A DNA stretch of 63,123 nt, the filler included, from Chiloscyllium plagiosum (Eukaryota), in NCBI RefSeq assembly GCF_004010195.1. It is 6 parts of one record of this genome, joined end to end, with 100 filler letters (N's around TTAATTAATTAA, not from the genome) between each part and the next. Parts side by side here need not be neighbours in the genome. Positions count along the whole stretch, not along the records: positions 43,579 to 50,575 come from NC_057717.1; positions 50,676 to 63,123 come from NC_057717.1; 4 more parts are not named here. One strand, 5' to 3'. The notes under the pieces are model-generated. The model did no database searches and was not told where the DNA came from. It was given only the letters and a program-made list of their open reading frames with translations. A program made the translations under genes and the position numbers. Every line of letters starts with the position of its first letter. Within the stretch, counting starts at the first letter, position 1. Shown in pieces: positions 49,140 to 60,261 of this stretch.

Positions 49140-50290
49140 ACTCACAGAGGTGTACAGCACAGAGACAGACCCTTCGGTCCAACTTGTCCATGCTGACCCA
49201 GATATCCTAACTTAATCTCGCTCCATTTGCCAGCACCCGGCCCATATCCCTCCAAACCCTTCCTATTCATGTCCCCATCCAGATGCCTTTTAAATGCTGT
49301 CATTGTACCAGCCTCCACCCACTTCCTCTGGCAGCTCGTTCCACACACGCACCACCCTCTGCGGGAAAAACTGCCCCTCAGCTCCCTTTTAAATCTTTCC
49401 CCTTTCACCCTAAACCTATGGCCTCGAGTTCTGGACTCCCCCACCCCAGGGAAAAGACTTTGTCTATTTACCCTATCCATGCCCCTCATGATTTTATAAA
49501 CCTCTATAAGGTCACCCCTCAGCCTCCGACGCTCCAGAGAAAACAGCTCCAAAATCATGAGGGGCATGGAAAGGGTAAATAGACAAGGTATTTTCCCTGG
49601 GGTGGGGGAGGCCAGAACTAGAGGGGCATAGGTTTAGGGTGAGAGGGGAAAGATTTAAAAGGGACCGAAGATTTTAAAAACCTCTATAAGGTCATCCATT
49701 AGCTTTCGACGCTCCAGGGAGAAAAGGGTACCAGTCTATCCAGCCTCTTCCTGTTGCTCAACCACTCCAGTCCCTCGTAAATCTTTCCACTTTAATACCA
49801 TCCTTCCTGTAGCAGGGAGACTAGAATTGAACGCAGTATTCCAAAAGTTATCTATCAATGTCCTGTACAGTTCTAACATGACCTCCCAACTCCTGTACTC
49901 AATGCACTGACTAATACCTCACACCTTCTTCACTATCCTATCTACTTGGGACTCCACTTTCAAGGAACTATGACCTTTGACCCTTTGCATGTATAAGTTT
50001 GGAGTGCTTTGGCTAATTTGTTTTTGATAATTATGGCTGGGATTTGGGTGTCACTGCTTGGGCCCAGTATTTACCACCCAGAGGGTGGTGCGTGTATGGA
50101 ATGAGCTGCCAGAGGAAGTGGTGGAGGCTGGTACAATTGCAACACTTAAAACACATCTGGGTCGGAACATGAATAGGAAGTGTTTGGAGGGATATGGGCC
50201 AAGTGCTGGGAAATGGGACTAGATTAGGTTGGGATATCTGGCCGGCATGGACGGGTTGGACCGAAGGGTCTGTTTCTGTGCTACAATCAT
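49140..50290. mobile_element. Rearranged CR1 3' fragments in alternating orientation
   Basis: Minus 49140-49550 (LFSLERRRLRGDLIEVYKIM), plus 49551-49664, minus 49670-49980, plus 50075-50290. Confidence 0.85.
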
Positions 50291-50575
50291 AGAGTCAGGG
50301 TCAAAGGTCAGTAGCTGGAATTTATTGACGTAATCGAGATTTCAGAGACCACGAAAAGGTTTCGCTTTCCTTCAGCCTTTGACTCTCACCAGGGTTTCCA
50401 GTACGTCACCTGCACAGTATCACACCAACAGAATGCTGTGATAGTGTGAAAGTTACAGAGTTCAGATAACAGAGGGAGAGCCAACATGAGAGAGAGAGAG
50501 AGAGAGAGAGAGGCTGGTGTTGGGAAAAACATAGGGGATCAGGGTGGGAGGGGCTGCGAGGAGGGGGAGGGTAAA

Positions 50576-50675
50576 NNNNNNNNNNNNNNNNNNNNNNNNN
50601 NNNNNNNNNNNNNNNNNNNTTAATTAATTAANNNNNNNNNNNNNNNNNNNNNNNNNNNNNNNNNNNNNNNNNNNN
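50576..50675. other. Artificial 100-bp contig linker
   Basis: N run + TTAATTAATTAA + N run. Confidence 0.9.
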
Positions 50676-51441
50676 TCAGTGTGAGGTGATTCACTTTGGG
50701 AAGAATAACAAAAAGATGGGGTACTGGGCTAATGGTCGGATACTTGGTAGTGTGGATGTGCAGAGGGATCTTGGTGTCTATGTACACAGATCTCTGAAAG
50801 TTGCCACCCAGGTAAATAGTGCGGTGAGGAAGGCATATGGCGTACTGGCTTTTATTGGTAGAGGAATTGAGTTCCGGAGTCCTGAGGTCATGATGCAGTT
50901 GTATAAGACTCTGGTGCGGCTGCATCTGGAGTATTGTGTGCAGTTTTGGTCGCCATACTATAGGAAGGATGTGGAGGCACTGGAACGGGTGCAGAGGAGG
51001 TTTACCAGGATGTTGCCTGGTATGGAAGGAAGATCGTATGAGGATAGACTGAGACACTTGGGGCTGTTTTCATTAGAGAAAAGAAGGTTTAGGGGTGACT
51101 TGATTGAGGTGTACAAGATGATTAGGGGGTTAGATAGGGTTGACAGTGTGAACCTTTTCCCGCGTATGGAGTCGGGTATTACAAGGGGGCATAGCTTTAA
51201 ATTAAGGGGGGGTAGATATAGGACTGAAGTTAGGGGTAGGTTCTTCACTCAGCGAGTCGTAAGTTCATGGAATGCCCTGCCAGTAGCAGTGGTGGACTCT
51301 CCCTCTTTATGGGCATTTAAGCGGGCATTGGATAGGTATATGGAGGATAGTGGGTTAGTATAGGTTAGTTGGGCTTGGATCGGCGCAACATCGAGGGCCA
51401 AAGGGCCTGTACTGCGCTGTATTCTTCTATGTTCTATGTTC
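50676..51441 (+). mobile_element. Young CR1 LINE: uninterrupted ORF2 C-terminus, 3' UTR and (ttctatg)n tail
   Basis: 225-aa open frame QRDLGVYVH...LVRLHLEYCVQFWSPYY...RGHSFKL...FFTQRVVSSWNALP with no stops. Confidence 0.95.
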
Positions 51442-52882
51442 TTCTCCACCGCAGTCGTACCTGAGGACTGGAGGGAACCAAATTTAATTTCTCTCTTCAT
51501 GTAAGGAAATAGGGAAACCCTTGGCAATTACAGACTAGTCAGTCTCACGTCTGTCGTCTGCAAGGTGTTGGAAAGGATTCTGAGGGTTAGGATTTATGAC
51601 CATCTGGAAGAGCATGGCTTGATTAAATGCAGTCAACACGGCTTTGTGAGGAGCAGGTCATGCCACACAAATCTTATTGAGTTCTTTGAAGATGTTACTA
51701 GACAATTTGATGAGAGACGAGCGGTGGATGTGGTGTATATGGACTGTAACAAGGCATTTGATAAAGTTCCGCATAGTCGGCTCGTTTAGAAGGACAGGAG
51801 GAATGGCATACAGGGAAATGTAGCTGTCTGGATACAGAATTTGTTGGTCGACAGAAGACAGCAAGTGGTAGTGGAAGGAAAGAACTCTACCTGGAGGTCA
51901 GAAGTGAGTGGTGTTCCACAGGGCTCTGTTCTTGGACCTCTACTCTTTGTAATGTTTATGAATGACTTGGATGAGCAGATTGAAGGATGGGTTAGCATAT
52001 TTGCAGATGACACAAAGGTTGGAGTTGTCGTTGACAGTACAGAAGACTGTTGTCGGCTGCAGCATGACATTGACAGGATGTAGAGATGGACTGAGAGGGA
52101 GCAGATAGAGTTAAACCTGGATAAATGCGAAGTGATGCATTTTGGAAGATCGAAGTTGAATGTTGATTACAGGATTAAAGACAGGATTCTTGGCAGTGAG
52201 GAGGAACAGCGGGACCTTGGTGTGCAGGTACATAGATCCCTTAAAATTGCCATCCAAGTGGATAGGGTTGTTAAGAAAGCATATGGTGTTTTGGCTTTCA
52301 TTAACAGGGGATTGAGTTTCAGAGCCGTGAGATCTTGTTGCAGCTCTATAAAACTTTGGTTAGACTCCACTTGGAAAACTGTGTCCAATTCTGGTCGCCC
52401 TATTATCGGAAAGATGTGGATGCTTTGGAGAGGGTTCAGAGTACGTTTACCAGGATGCTTCCTGGAATGGAGGGCTTATCTTACGAAGAAAGATTGACTG
52501 AGGTCGGACTTTTTTAATTGGAAAAAAAAATAAGGAAGAGCGGGGACTTAATTGAGGTGTACAAGATAATGAGAGGGATAGATAGAGTTGATAGCCAGAG
52601 ACTTTTCCCCAGTGCAGAAATGGTTAACACGAGTGTTAATAGTTTTATGCTGCGTGGCGTAAATTATAGAGGGGATGTCAGAGGCGGGTGTTTTTAAGCA
52701 GAGAGTTGTGAGAGCATGGAATGCGTTGCCAGCAGCAGTTGTGGAAGGTAGGTCATTACGAATATTTAAGAGACTGCTGGACATGCATATGGTCACAGAA
52801 ATTTGGGGGTTCGTACATTAGGTTTACCTTACATGAGGATCAATGGTCGGCACAACATCGTGGGCTATGCTCTATGTTCTAT
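51442..52882 (+). mobile_element. CR1 LINE ORF2 (RT) with 3' end, lightly disrupted
   Basis: [49 protein letters not shown]. Confidence 0.95.
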
Positions 52883-53443
52883 AAAACAAACAGCTGCAGT
52901 TGGTGGAAATCTAAGCCAAAAACGAAAATTGATAGAGAAACTCAGACAGCCTGGCAAATCTGTGGAGAGAAACAGAGTTAATAATTAAGTTCGGCACAAC
53001 CAGATTAGCTATACATTTTTCGAGTATAATGCCGGAAGAATGAACACTAATACCTATCGAATCAGAACTCTACCCGCTCCACTAACGCTCAGATAGCCAT
53101 CTATTCTAGTCCCGATTTCCAGCTTTGGACCAAAATCTTGTGTATTCTGATGTTTCCAGGGAAAATGTCAATGTGGTTATCCTGTGATCTTAAATGACAC
53201 AACAATGGGACAGACGTTTGACATTTGTACAACGTATTGTAACTCTTTTGAGGAACTCATCCTCATTTTCACCCACAGAGGGAGATAAACAGGCAGGTAC
53301 CCCGAGAGTGACAGATGTCTCCGCTGTGGTGAGCTGGATTTTAAAATGAACAATAGAACAAGTGCAAGTCTTAAATGCGAAACGACACTGAATTCATTCT
53401 TAAAGCACCGCACGCGGAACACTTTTTAAGTAGGCATCGCTTT

Positions 53444-53516
53444 CAAGCCAGGTAGGACTCAAACTTATAACATTCTGATCTGAGGCCACATGCGTTAATA
53501 ATTGCGCCACTGGTCA
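53444..53516 (-). pseudogene. tRNA-Arg pseudogene
   Basis: Minus GACCAGTGGCGCAATTATTAACGCATGTGGCCTCAGATCAGAATGTTATAAGTTTGAGTCCTACCTGGCTTG aligns to vertebrate tRNA-Arg (CCAGTGGCGCAAT...GATCAGAA...CTGGCTCG); stems and B box damaged. Confidence 0.75.
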
Positions 53517-54134
53517 AATGACAGCTCCGTGCTTGGCAGTTTGTCTATATGTATTGTAATGGACGTCCAGGGAATCAGAATTAAAAAGGTGAACAAGCAG
53601 CGAAAGATATGCACCGTCACTCCCTCACTTCGAAGCTTTGTGGAACAGTACCTTTCACTGGCAAAGGAGACACATTTGTCCTCAGCTGTCTGCTTCAGGG
53701 ACGCCTCCTTCTCTGCTGGAAGTTTTTTTATCGTTTTATTCACAGTTAGGATACGATTTCATGATCTACTCCAGTGAAAAAGAATCATGGTGTCTTCCAA
53801 GCAAGACCCTGCAAAAACTCAGCGAGAGACCTCCGGTCATTTCTAACTCGGGATGTAGTATTAGATGAGATGACTGACACTTTTTATTGGCGCCGCCCCT
53901 TCATTGCAAACTATCGTCTCAAAACGAGCCGTTGTTTGTATCAGCTTGATTTGTACGTTGCTGCAGTGCTTTGATAAACAACATCTGATTATCACAGCTT
54001 GCTTTCCTCAATTTGAAACCCAATGTTAACTACTTGGAATCTTGGAGAGAGAAATATCGCTGCCAAAGGTGGTTATGATGTGAAGACAGGAACGACAGTG
54101 TGCACAAGTTAGCTCGCAATTGCTATTGTCAGCA

Positions 54135-54205
54135 TCACTGGGGGTCCCTGCGAAGGAATCCAAGTTTGCATCGCCCAGACGTGGATGCAATTCCCAGTCA
54201 GGAAA
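54135..54205 (+). pseudogene. tRNA-Glu pseudogene
   Basis: TCACTGGGGGTC...CATCGCCCAGACGTGGATGCAATTCCCAGTCAGGAAA versus tRNA-Glu TCCCTGGTGGTC...CACCGCCGCGGCCCGGGTTCGATTCCCGGTCAGGGAA. Confidence 0.65.
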
Positions 54206-55123
54206 TGAAGACCTATTTCATTTCATCAGAATGAAAACACGTTAGATACCGAATACACATCCAGATCCTGCCTGAATCAGTCAAGTGATCGTTATATTTT
54301 ATTTATAAGGACGTTAGCAGCACATACACGGGAAAGCGACCACGGTAAATCCCCCTCCAATAACTCACCTTTCGGAGTTGCCAATATCTCGGTGTTCGTT
54401 CAGTGTCGGTGGTTCCCAATCCAGGAATTCTATTTCTAGACGTTTCATGTCTGTACCTCCATGCTAAGGTGTTGAAGAGTGAACAGAAGGAACTCATCCC
54501 CTCTATCTCTGGGGTAGTTAGGGATGGGCAGTTAATCTTATCAGATGGATATGCATCTATGTCGCAGAAATGCATTTCTAAAAGTTGCAGGTTCTAATTC
54601 GATACCTGCAAGGTGTCGGGAATAATAAGAGAAGTGGTGCAGTGTAGCAAAATAACAGTCAAAAGCATTGATGACTGGAAGACATGAGGTAAGATGTGAA
54701 TGTGGAGCTGGTAGTGCAAGGCTCAGTGTAAGTGCTATTGGGTCAGCCTTTACTGCCCATTGTTTGCAATGACTCACACCCCACTGCTGGTCAATTCACT
54801 ACAACGAGGCTGTTCCTGTTGTTTTGAGGATTCCTGTGTGTGTATTGACGCGGTTGATGGGCCCCGAGAGAATGAATACACCCTCTTAATTCTGTCAGTT
54901 TAAACAGCTGAAAATATCATATGGAAGCCAATTCAAGAGGAGATTGTCTATTTCTGTGCCTTTTCAGTGGGCAATGCTCAGCCGTAAAATGTCTGTTTTT
55001 GCAAAAGCAGAGTTTAATTGCAATTCATGTTGAGCAACATTGAGCAGAAAACACATTTTCGAATTCATATGATCAAATGGTTAAGGAATTGCACGTATGG
55101 ACGATAAAACTCGCCTTTAGCGT

Positions 55124-55171
55124 GGCGCCGTGGCTTAGCTGGGTAAAGCACCTCCCATCACAGTGGTGCCT
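55124..55171 (+). pseudogene. tRNA-Thr pseudogene with internal deletion
   Basis: GGCGCCGTGGCTTAGCTGGGTAAAGCACCT...CAGTGGTGCCT retains both ends of tRNA-Thr; anticodon arm and B box are missing. Confidence 0.8.
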
Positions 55172-55663
55172 TCCCATTATTTTGAAAGCACGTTATTTCT
55201 CGCAAATCTAGTGTTGCTCATCATGCAGTTCAGCGTTCTCTTTGAGATCCAGCCTGCTTTGATTTTTGTTCCCTTTTCTTTTTCCTGGTTTAGTTCCTGC
55301 AGTGTAAGCTGTTCTTTATAACGTCTATTTCATCCTGGATATTCTTCCCGCTGTTCCACAAGCAATTCTGCTTCTTCTCCTGTTATTCTCCTCCCTCGAT
55401 GCCCTCAGTACCGAGATACAGCCATAATGCCATAAGAGAAAGTTTACATACAGCGACATTGAAGGAACAGCGAGATAATTTCAACTCGGAAAGGCGAGGT
55501 CCTTGGGGAGGAATTTGCAGTGATAGTTTTCGCGTGTATCTGCTGCTATTGTTCTCTGATATAGATGCGAACAATTTTTCTGGCAGGGTCCGTGTGCCTA
55601 TTCTGTGTGTAACCAGCAATTAGTTTTCATTCGGATAATTCACAAGAAGAGAATTGGTCTTCG

Positions 55664-55734
55664 TTTTCTGATTGGGAATAATATCCAGGTCTGGGTGATG
55701 CAAACTCAGACTCCTGAACAGGGATCTCCATTGA
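55664..55734 (-). pseudogene. tRNA-Glu pseudogene, inverted paralogue of 54135-54205
   Basis: Minus TCAATGGAGATCCCTGTTCAGGAGTCTGAGTTTGCATCACCCAGACCTGGATATTATTCCCAATCAGAAAA; flanks are homologous to the other copy. Confidence 0.55.
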
Positions 55735-56245
55735 TACTGAGATTATCCTTTGGCACCTGAAATGTGAAAAACTCTTGTGCCTGATTTTCACGTCATCATC
55801 GTCTTCATCAGGCGTGCTCCTCTCTCCAAGGTTCCAAATAGTTCATATTATTGCCCCGGGTTTCAATTTGAAGAAGGCAAATCTGTGTTAATCTGATATT
55901 GTTTAGCAGATATACTGCAGGAAGGTACGGAGAGGCTGATGCGAACAGGAGCTCGTTTTGAGCTGCCCGGGTCGTCAGCAATAAAGACCTAGTTCAACTC
56001 GTGTCATTCTAGATGCCGGGCTCGAAATGACCCGAGGATTCTCGCTGAATTTATTCAGTTTCTGGACTGTAAAAGACTCCAAATACGAAGATACAGTGAA
56101 GTGCATTGTTTCACAGAGTGGGGCCTTCCAAGTGAAGCAATGACGATGATTATGTTTGCGAGTGATTCACTTTGTGAATGCTGTTTCCGCTATGTATACG
56201 TTTACATTACATATAAACACACTGCCCCGACTGCAGCTGGTCTTT

Positions 56246-56318
56246 GGGCCAGTGATGTAATAGGTAAAGCGTCTGACTTTGAGTTAGGGGACTGTAGGTT
56301 CGAATCTAACATCGCAAG
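56246..56318 (+). pseudogene. tRNA-Arg pseudogene (anticodon now TTG, probably from TCG)
   Basis: GGGCCAGTGATGTAATAGGTAAAGCGTCTGACTTTGAGTTAGGGGACTGTAGGTTCGAATC; B box intact, acceptor stem broken. Confidence 0.75.
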
Positions 56319-57196
56319 GGTGCAGCGTGCTCGTTGGTCCTTGTGACCTGCTGTCTGTCAGGAACTGAAGGGGTTTGTTGTTCGAAGTTAAAGTTGGATT
56401 TGCGTCTTCCATCCATTTTAAACTCCAGCTCATGGCATCGTCACATTGTCTGTGGAACTGGCATAGGTTTCACCAAAAGCTACCTTTTGGCAGATAAACT
56501 TCTGTGTGCTGTCGGAGAGCGGAAGTGAAGCACAAGGTCTAATCGTCAGGGCATACAGGATTTTGTAGAGTAACTCATCATCTCGATCTCTGGGCTAATT
56601 AGGGATGGGCGGTGCATGTCATCCCATTGAGTGATGACTGCATCCCATTCATGAGTTTCTAAAAGCTGTATTTTCTAAGGGAATACCGCCAAGCGGTCGG
56701 GAATAATTTGAGAAGTGGAATGGGGGCGGAGGAAAAAGTGAAAGGAAATGATCACTGGGAGGCATGAGACAGCAAGTGAGTGAAGAGCTGGTGGTGCAAG
56801 GCTCAGTGTCGGTGTCAGTATTTACTGCCCATTGTTCACACTGATTCACACACATCTCCTTGGCAATTCACCGCAATGAGCTCACTCCTCTTGATGTGAG
56901 TTCCACTTTGTGCATATTAACGGGGTGGTTGGGTCCTCAGAGGATGGACACATAATCGTTATGCTGTCAGTTTAAACAGGCGAAGGCATCAGTTTAAAAT
57001 AAAAGCAATAAGAGCTTGCCATTTACTGTGCATTTTCAGCGGAGAATATCCAGCTGTGAACTGTTCTGCAAAAGCAGAGGTTGATTTAATTTTTCACCTT
57101 GCAACGGTGAAACACACACAATAAAGAAATGTCTGAGTTTCTGTGATCGAAAAGTTTTGTAAATGCACAGATGGAATTCAAAAGCAGAGTTTGGGC

Positions 57197-57268
57197 AGTG
57201 ACTGTAGTTTTGTTAGCTAAAGGTCTCCTTAATAAACCGGAAATTACGGGATAAAATCCTGACATGCC
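57197..57268 (+). pseudogene. tRNA-Thr pseudogene, heavily decayed
   Basis: ctgtagttttgttagctaaag...taataaaccggaaattacgggataaaatcc...tgcc aligns to tRNA-Thr; same position in the duplicated unit as 55124. Confidence 0.55.
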
Positions 57269-58014
57269 AACATGCGGAGTTGTTTCATAAAGAGCAGATT
57301 TACAAACTCAGGTTACGTATTTGACTCACGGTCTCATCCACTCACTAATGTGCTCCAAAGTCTCAACATGTTGGAACTGAAACTGAGGAACTTGCAGACA
57401 GTTTGCCGAATTACATTACATCCATTCTATTTATTTTTTATCACAGACGGGCAGGAAATTCTTAGCAGGGAGGGTTAGGAAAGCGAGGCACTTTCAGATC
57501 TGGTGAAATACATTCTTTTTTATTCAGTAGGCATTAAGAGAAGTGTATGCTAACTCAGGCTGAAGAGCTTTGCACACGTCCGAAAAAGAGATTTGACAAA
57601 GATCTAGCACATTATTGATATCTCGGATCGCATTTTACCTTCTCTCAACGTGTTTAGAAACTCCTCTTTGTTTATCTCATCCTTGTAAATATCCTGGGCT
57701 TTCGTAACATTAGTGAATTGTTTCTATTCGGTTCCCCACAGGTTTCCAACTCAGTTGGCAGCCATGTGACCGTTACGTATGGCCAGGTGTGGAAAGTTCT
57801 GCAGACAATGCCCGGTTAAGGAGAAACACAAGGAAACTAGCAACTCCTACCGGCACCGAGTGTCTACCAACCTCGTTACGTCATCTGTCACTCTTGGATT
57901 ACACTGCGAAGTCAACTTTTCATTATGGGAGTTCATTTGAACCGCTTATTGTACAGAACAAGCGCTGTAAATTTCTTCTGGTACACGGGCCGATTAGGTT
58001 TGGTTTTCGTGTCT

Positions 58015-58096
58015 GGTACTGTAGGCTAGCGATCTAAATAAGTGGAAGTAGGCTCCAGTCTACAAGAAGGCAAGTATTCAAGTCCCACCACTACCA
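58015..58096 (+). pseudogene. tRNA-Leu (TAG-like) pseudogene
   Basis: 82 nt GGTACTGTAGGCTAGCGATCTAA...TAGGCTCCAGTCT...TTCAAGTCCCACCACTACCA, colinear with vertebrate tRNA-Leu including the long variable arm. Confidence 0.75.
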
Positions 58097-58532
58097 CTTA
58101 TGCTGAGCGATTATTGTGGCAATGTTTAACAGGGATGCTCAAAAAGGAGCAGTAAAACATAATACATTACTCCAAAACGTTCTGTGGAGTGAGTCACCAT
58201 AGAACCTCCATCGGGGAAATGTCAGAATATTGTTATAATGTCCTACTCCAAAGGCAGAAGTTACCCAGATTATGATGAACTGACTCACAGACAGCATTCA
58301 TGCTGCTGTTTGCAGACACACTGAAGCCGGTGTGTTCTCTATCTTTGAGACATTTTGAGTAAAGAACTAGTGTTCAATGGACAGGTGATAGCCACGGCAC
58401 CAGTGGAATACAGCGTGGACATTGAACTGGTGTGAGCTTTGTGCTGTCTCACATTGCGGAGTAGTTTGGATGATTTGATTGCTCAGTACTTCAACATAGT
58501 TGTTAATTGCCAGAGAAAGCAGTGAGCAAAAA

Positions 58533-58614
58533 GGGCCACAGTGGGATTTGAAACCACGTCTTCTTCAGGGGTAGAATTTTAATACTGGTTTTGTGACCGC
58601 TCAGCCACGCTCCC
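58533..58614 (-). pseudogene. tRNA-Leu (AAG-like) pseudogene with downstream T5 Pol III terminator
   Basis: Minus GGGAGCGTGGCTGAGCGGTC...GACGTGGTTTCAAATCCCACTGTGGCCC followed by TTTTT. Confidence 0.75.
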
Positions 58615-58675
58615 AGAAACACAAAAGTGTGAACCAACGTAGGCTGTGTTCAAGAATGATATTTGGCAGCATAAA

Positions 58676-60258
58676 GTCATAGAGTCATAGAGATGTATAG
58701 CATGGAAACAGACCCTTTGGTCCAACCCGTCTATGCCGACCAGATATCCCAACCCAATTCAATCCCATCTGCCAGCACCCAGCCCATATCCCTCCAAACC
58801 CTTCCTATTCATATACCCATCCAAATGCATCTTAAATGTTGCATTTGTACCAGCCTCCACTTCATCCTCTGGCAGTTCATTCCATACACATACGACCCTC
58901 TGCGTGAAAAAGTTGCCCCTTAGATAAATTTTACATATTTCTCCTCTCACCCTAAACCTATTCCCTCTAGTTGTGGATTCCAGAGCCCAGGGAAAAGACT
59001 TTGTCTATTTATCATATCCATGCCCCTCATAATTTTGTAAACCTCTGTAAGGTCACCCCTCAGCCTTCGACGCTCCAGGGATACCAGCCCCAGACTGTTC
59101 AGCATCTCCATTTACCTCAGATTCTCCAACCCTGGCAACATACTTGTAAATCTTCTCTGAACTCTCTCAAGTTTCACAACATCTTTCCGATAGGAAGGTG
59201 ACCAGAATTACGCGCAATATTCCAACAGTGGCCTATACAATATCCTGTATAGCCACATCAGCCACATCATGACCTCCCAACCCCTGTACTCAATACTCTA
59301 ACCAATAAAGGAAAGCACATCAAACGCCTTCTTCGCTGTACTATCTAACTGCCACTCCGTTTTCAAGGAGCTATGAACCTGGACTCCATGATCTCTTTGT
59401 TCAGCAACACTCCCGAGGAACTTACTATTAAGTGTATAAGTCCTGTTCAGGTTTGCTTTCCCAAAATGCAGCACCTCGCATTTATCTGAATTAAACTCCA
59501 TCTGCCACCTCGCAACCCATTGGCCCATCTGGTCCAGATACTGTTGTAATCTGAGGTAACCATCTTCGCTGTCCACTACACCTCCAATTTTGATGTCATC
59601 TGCAAACTTTCTAACTGTGCCTCTTATGCTCGCATCCAAATCATTTATGTAAATGACAAAAAGTAGAGGGCACAGCAGCGATCCTTGTGGCACTCCACTG
59701 GTCACAAGTCTCTAGTCTGAAAAACAACCCTCCACCACCACACTACGTCTTCTACCTTTGAGCCAGTTCTGTAAACAAATGGCTAGTTTTCTGTGTATTC
59801 CATGGGATCTAAGCTTACGAATCAGTCTCCCATGGGGAACCTTGTCGAACGCCTTACTGAAATCCATATAGATCACATCTACTGCTCTGCTCTCATCAAT
59901 CTTCTTTGTTACTTCTTCAAAAAACTCAATCACGTTTGTGAGACATGATTTCCCACGCACAAAGCCATGTTGACTATCCCGAATCACTCCTTGCCTTTCC
60001 AAATACATGTTCGTCCTGTCCCTCAGGAAAGCCTCCAACAACTTGCCCACTACCGAGGTCAGGCTCAACGGTCCATAGTTCCCTGGCTTGTCTGTACCGC
60101 CCTTCTTAAACAGTGGCACCACGTTTGCCAACCTCCAGCCTTCCGGCAAATCACTTGTGACTATCGATGATACAAATATCTCAGCAAGAGGACCAGCTGT
60201 CACTTGTCTAGCTTCCCACAGAGTTCTCCGGTATCCCTGATCAGGTCCTGGGGATTTA
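58676..60258 (-). mobile_element. CR1 LINE ORF2 (RT) with 3' end; continues at 61630-61855 beyond a nested Penelope
   Basis: SQHGFVRGKSCLTN, DFSKAFDKVPHGRL, SGVPQGSLL, FADD; tail (gtcataga)n at ~58676. Confidence 0.95.
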
Positions 60259-60261
60259 TAG

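Noticed and set aside
8785..50675. Recurrent TTAATTAATTAA motif inside N runs (five times)
   Set aside because: It has a fixed 44N-12-44N format and gives six-frame stops, so it is an assembly linker and not biological. Adjacency across these linkers should not be interpreted.
56246..56318. Possible functional tRNA-Gln(TTG) or recoded tRNA
   Set aside because: The body is Arg-type and the acceptor stem is broken; TTG is best explained by CpG decay of TCG.
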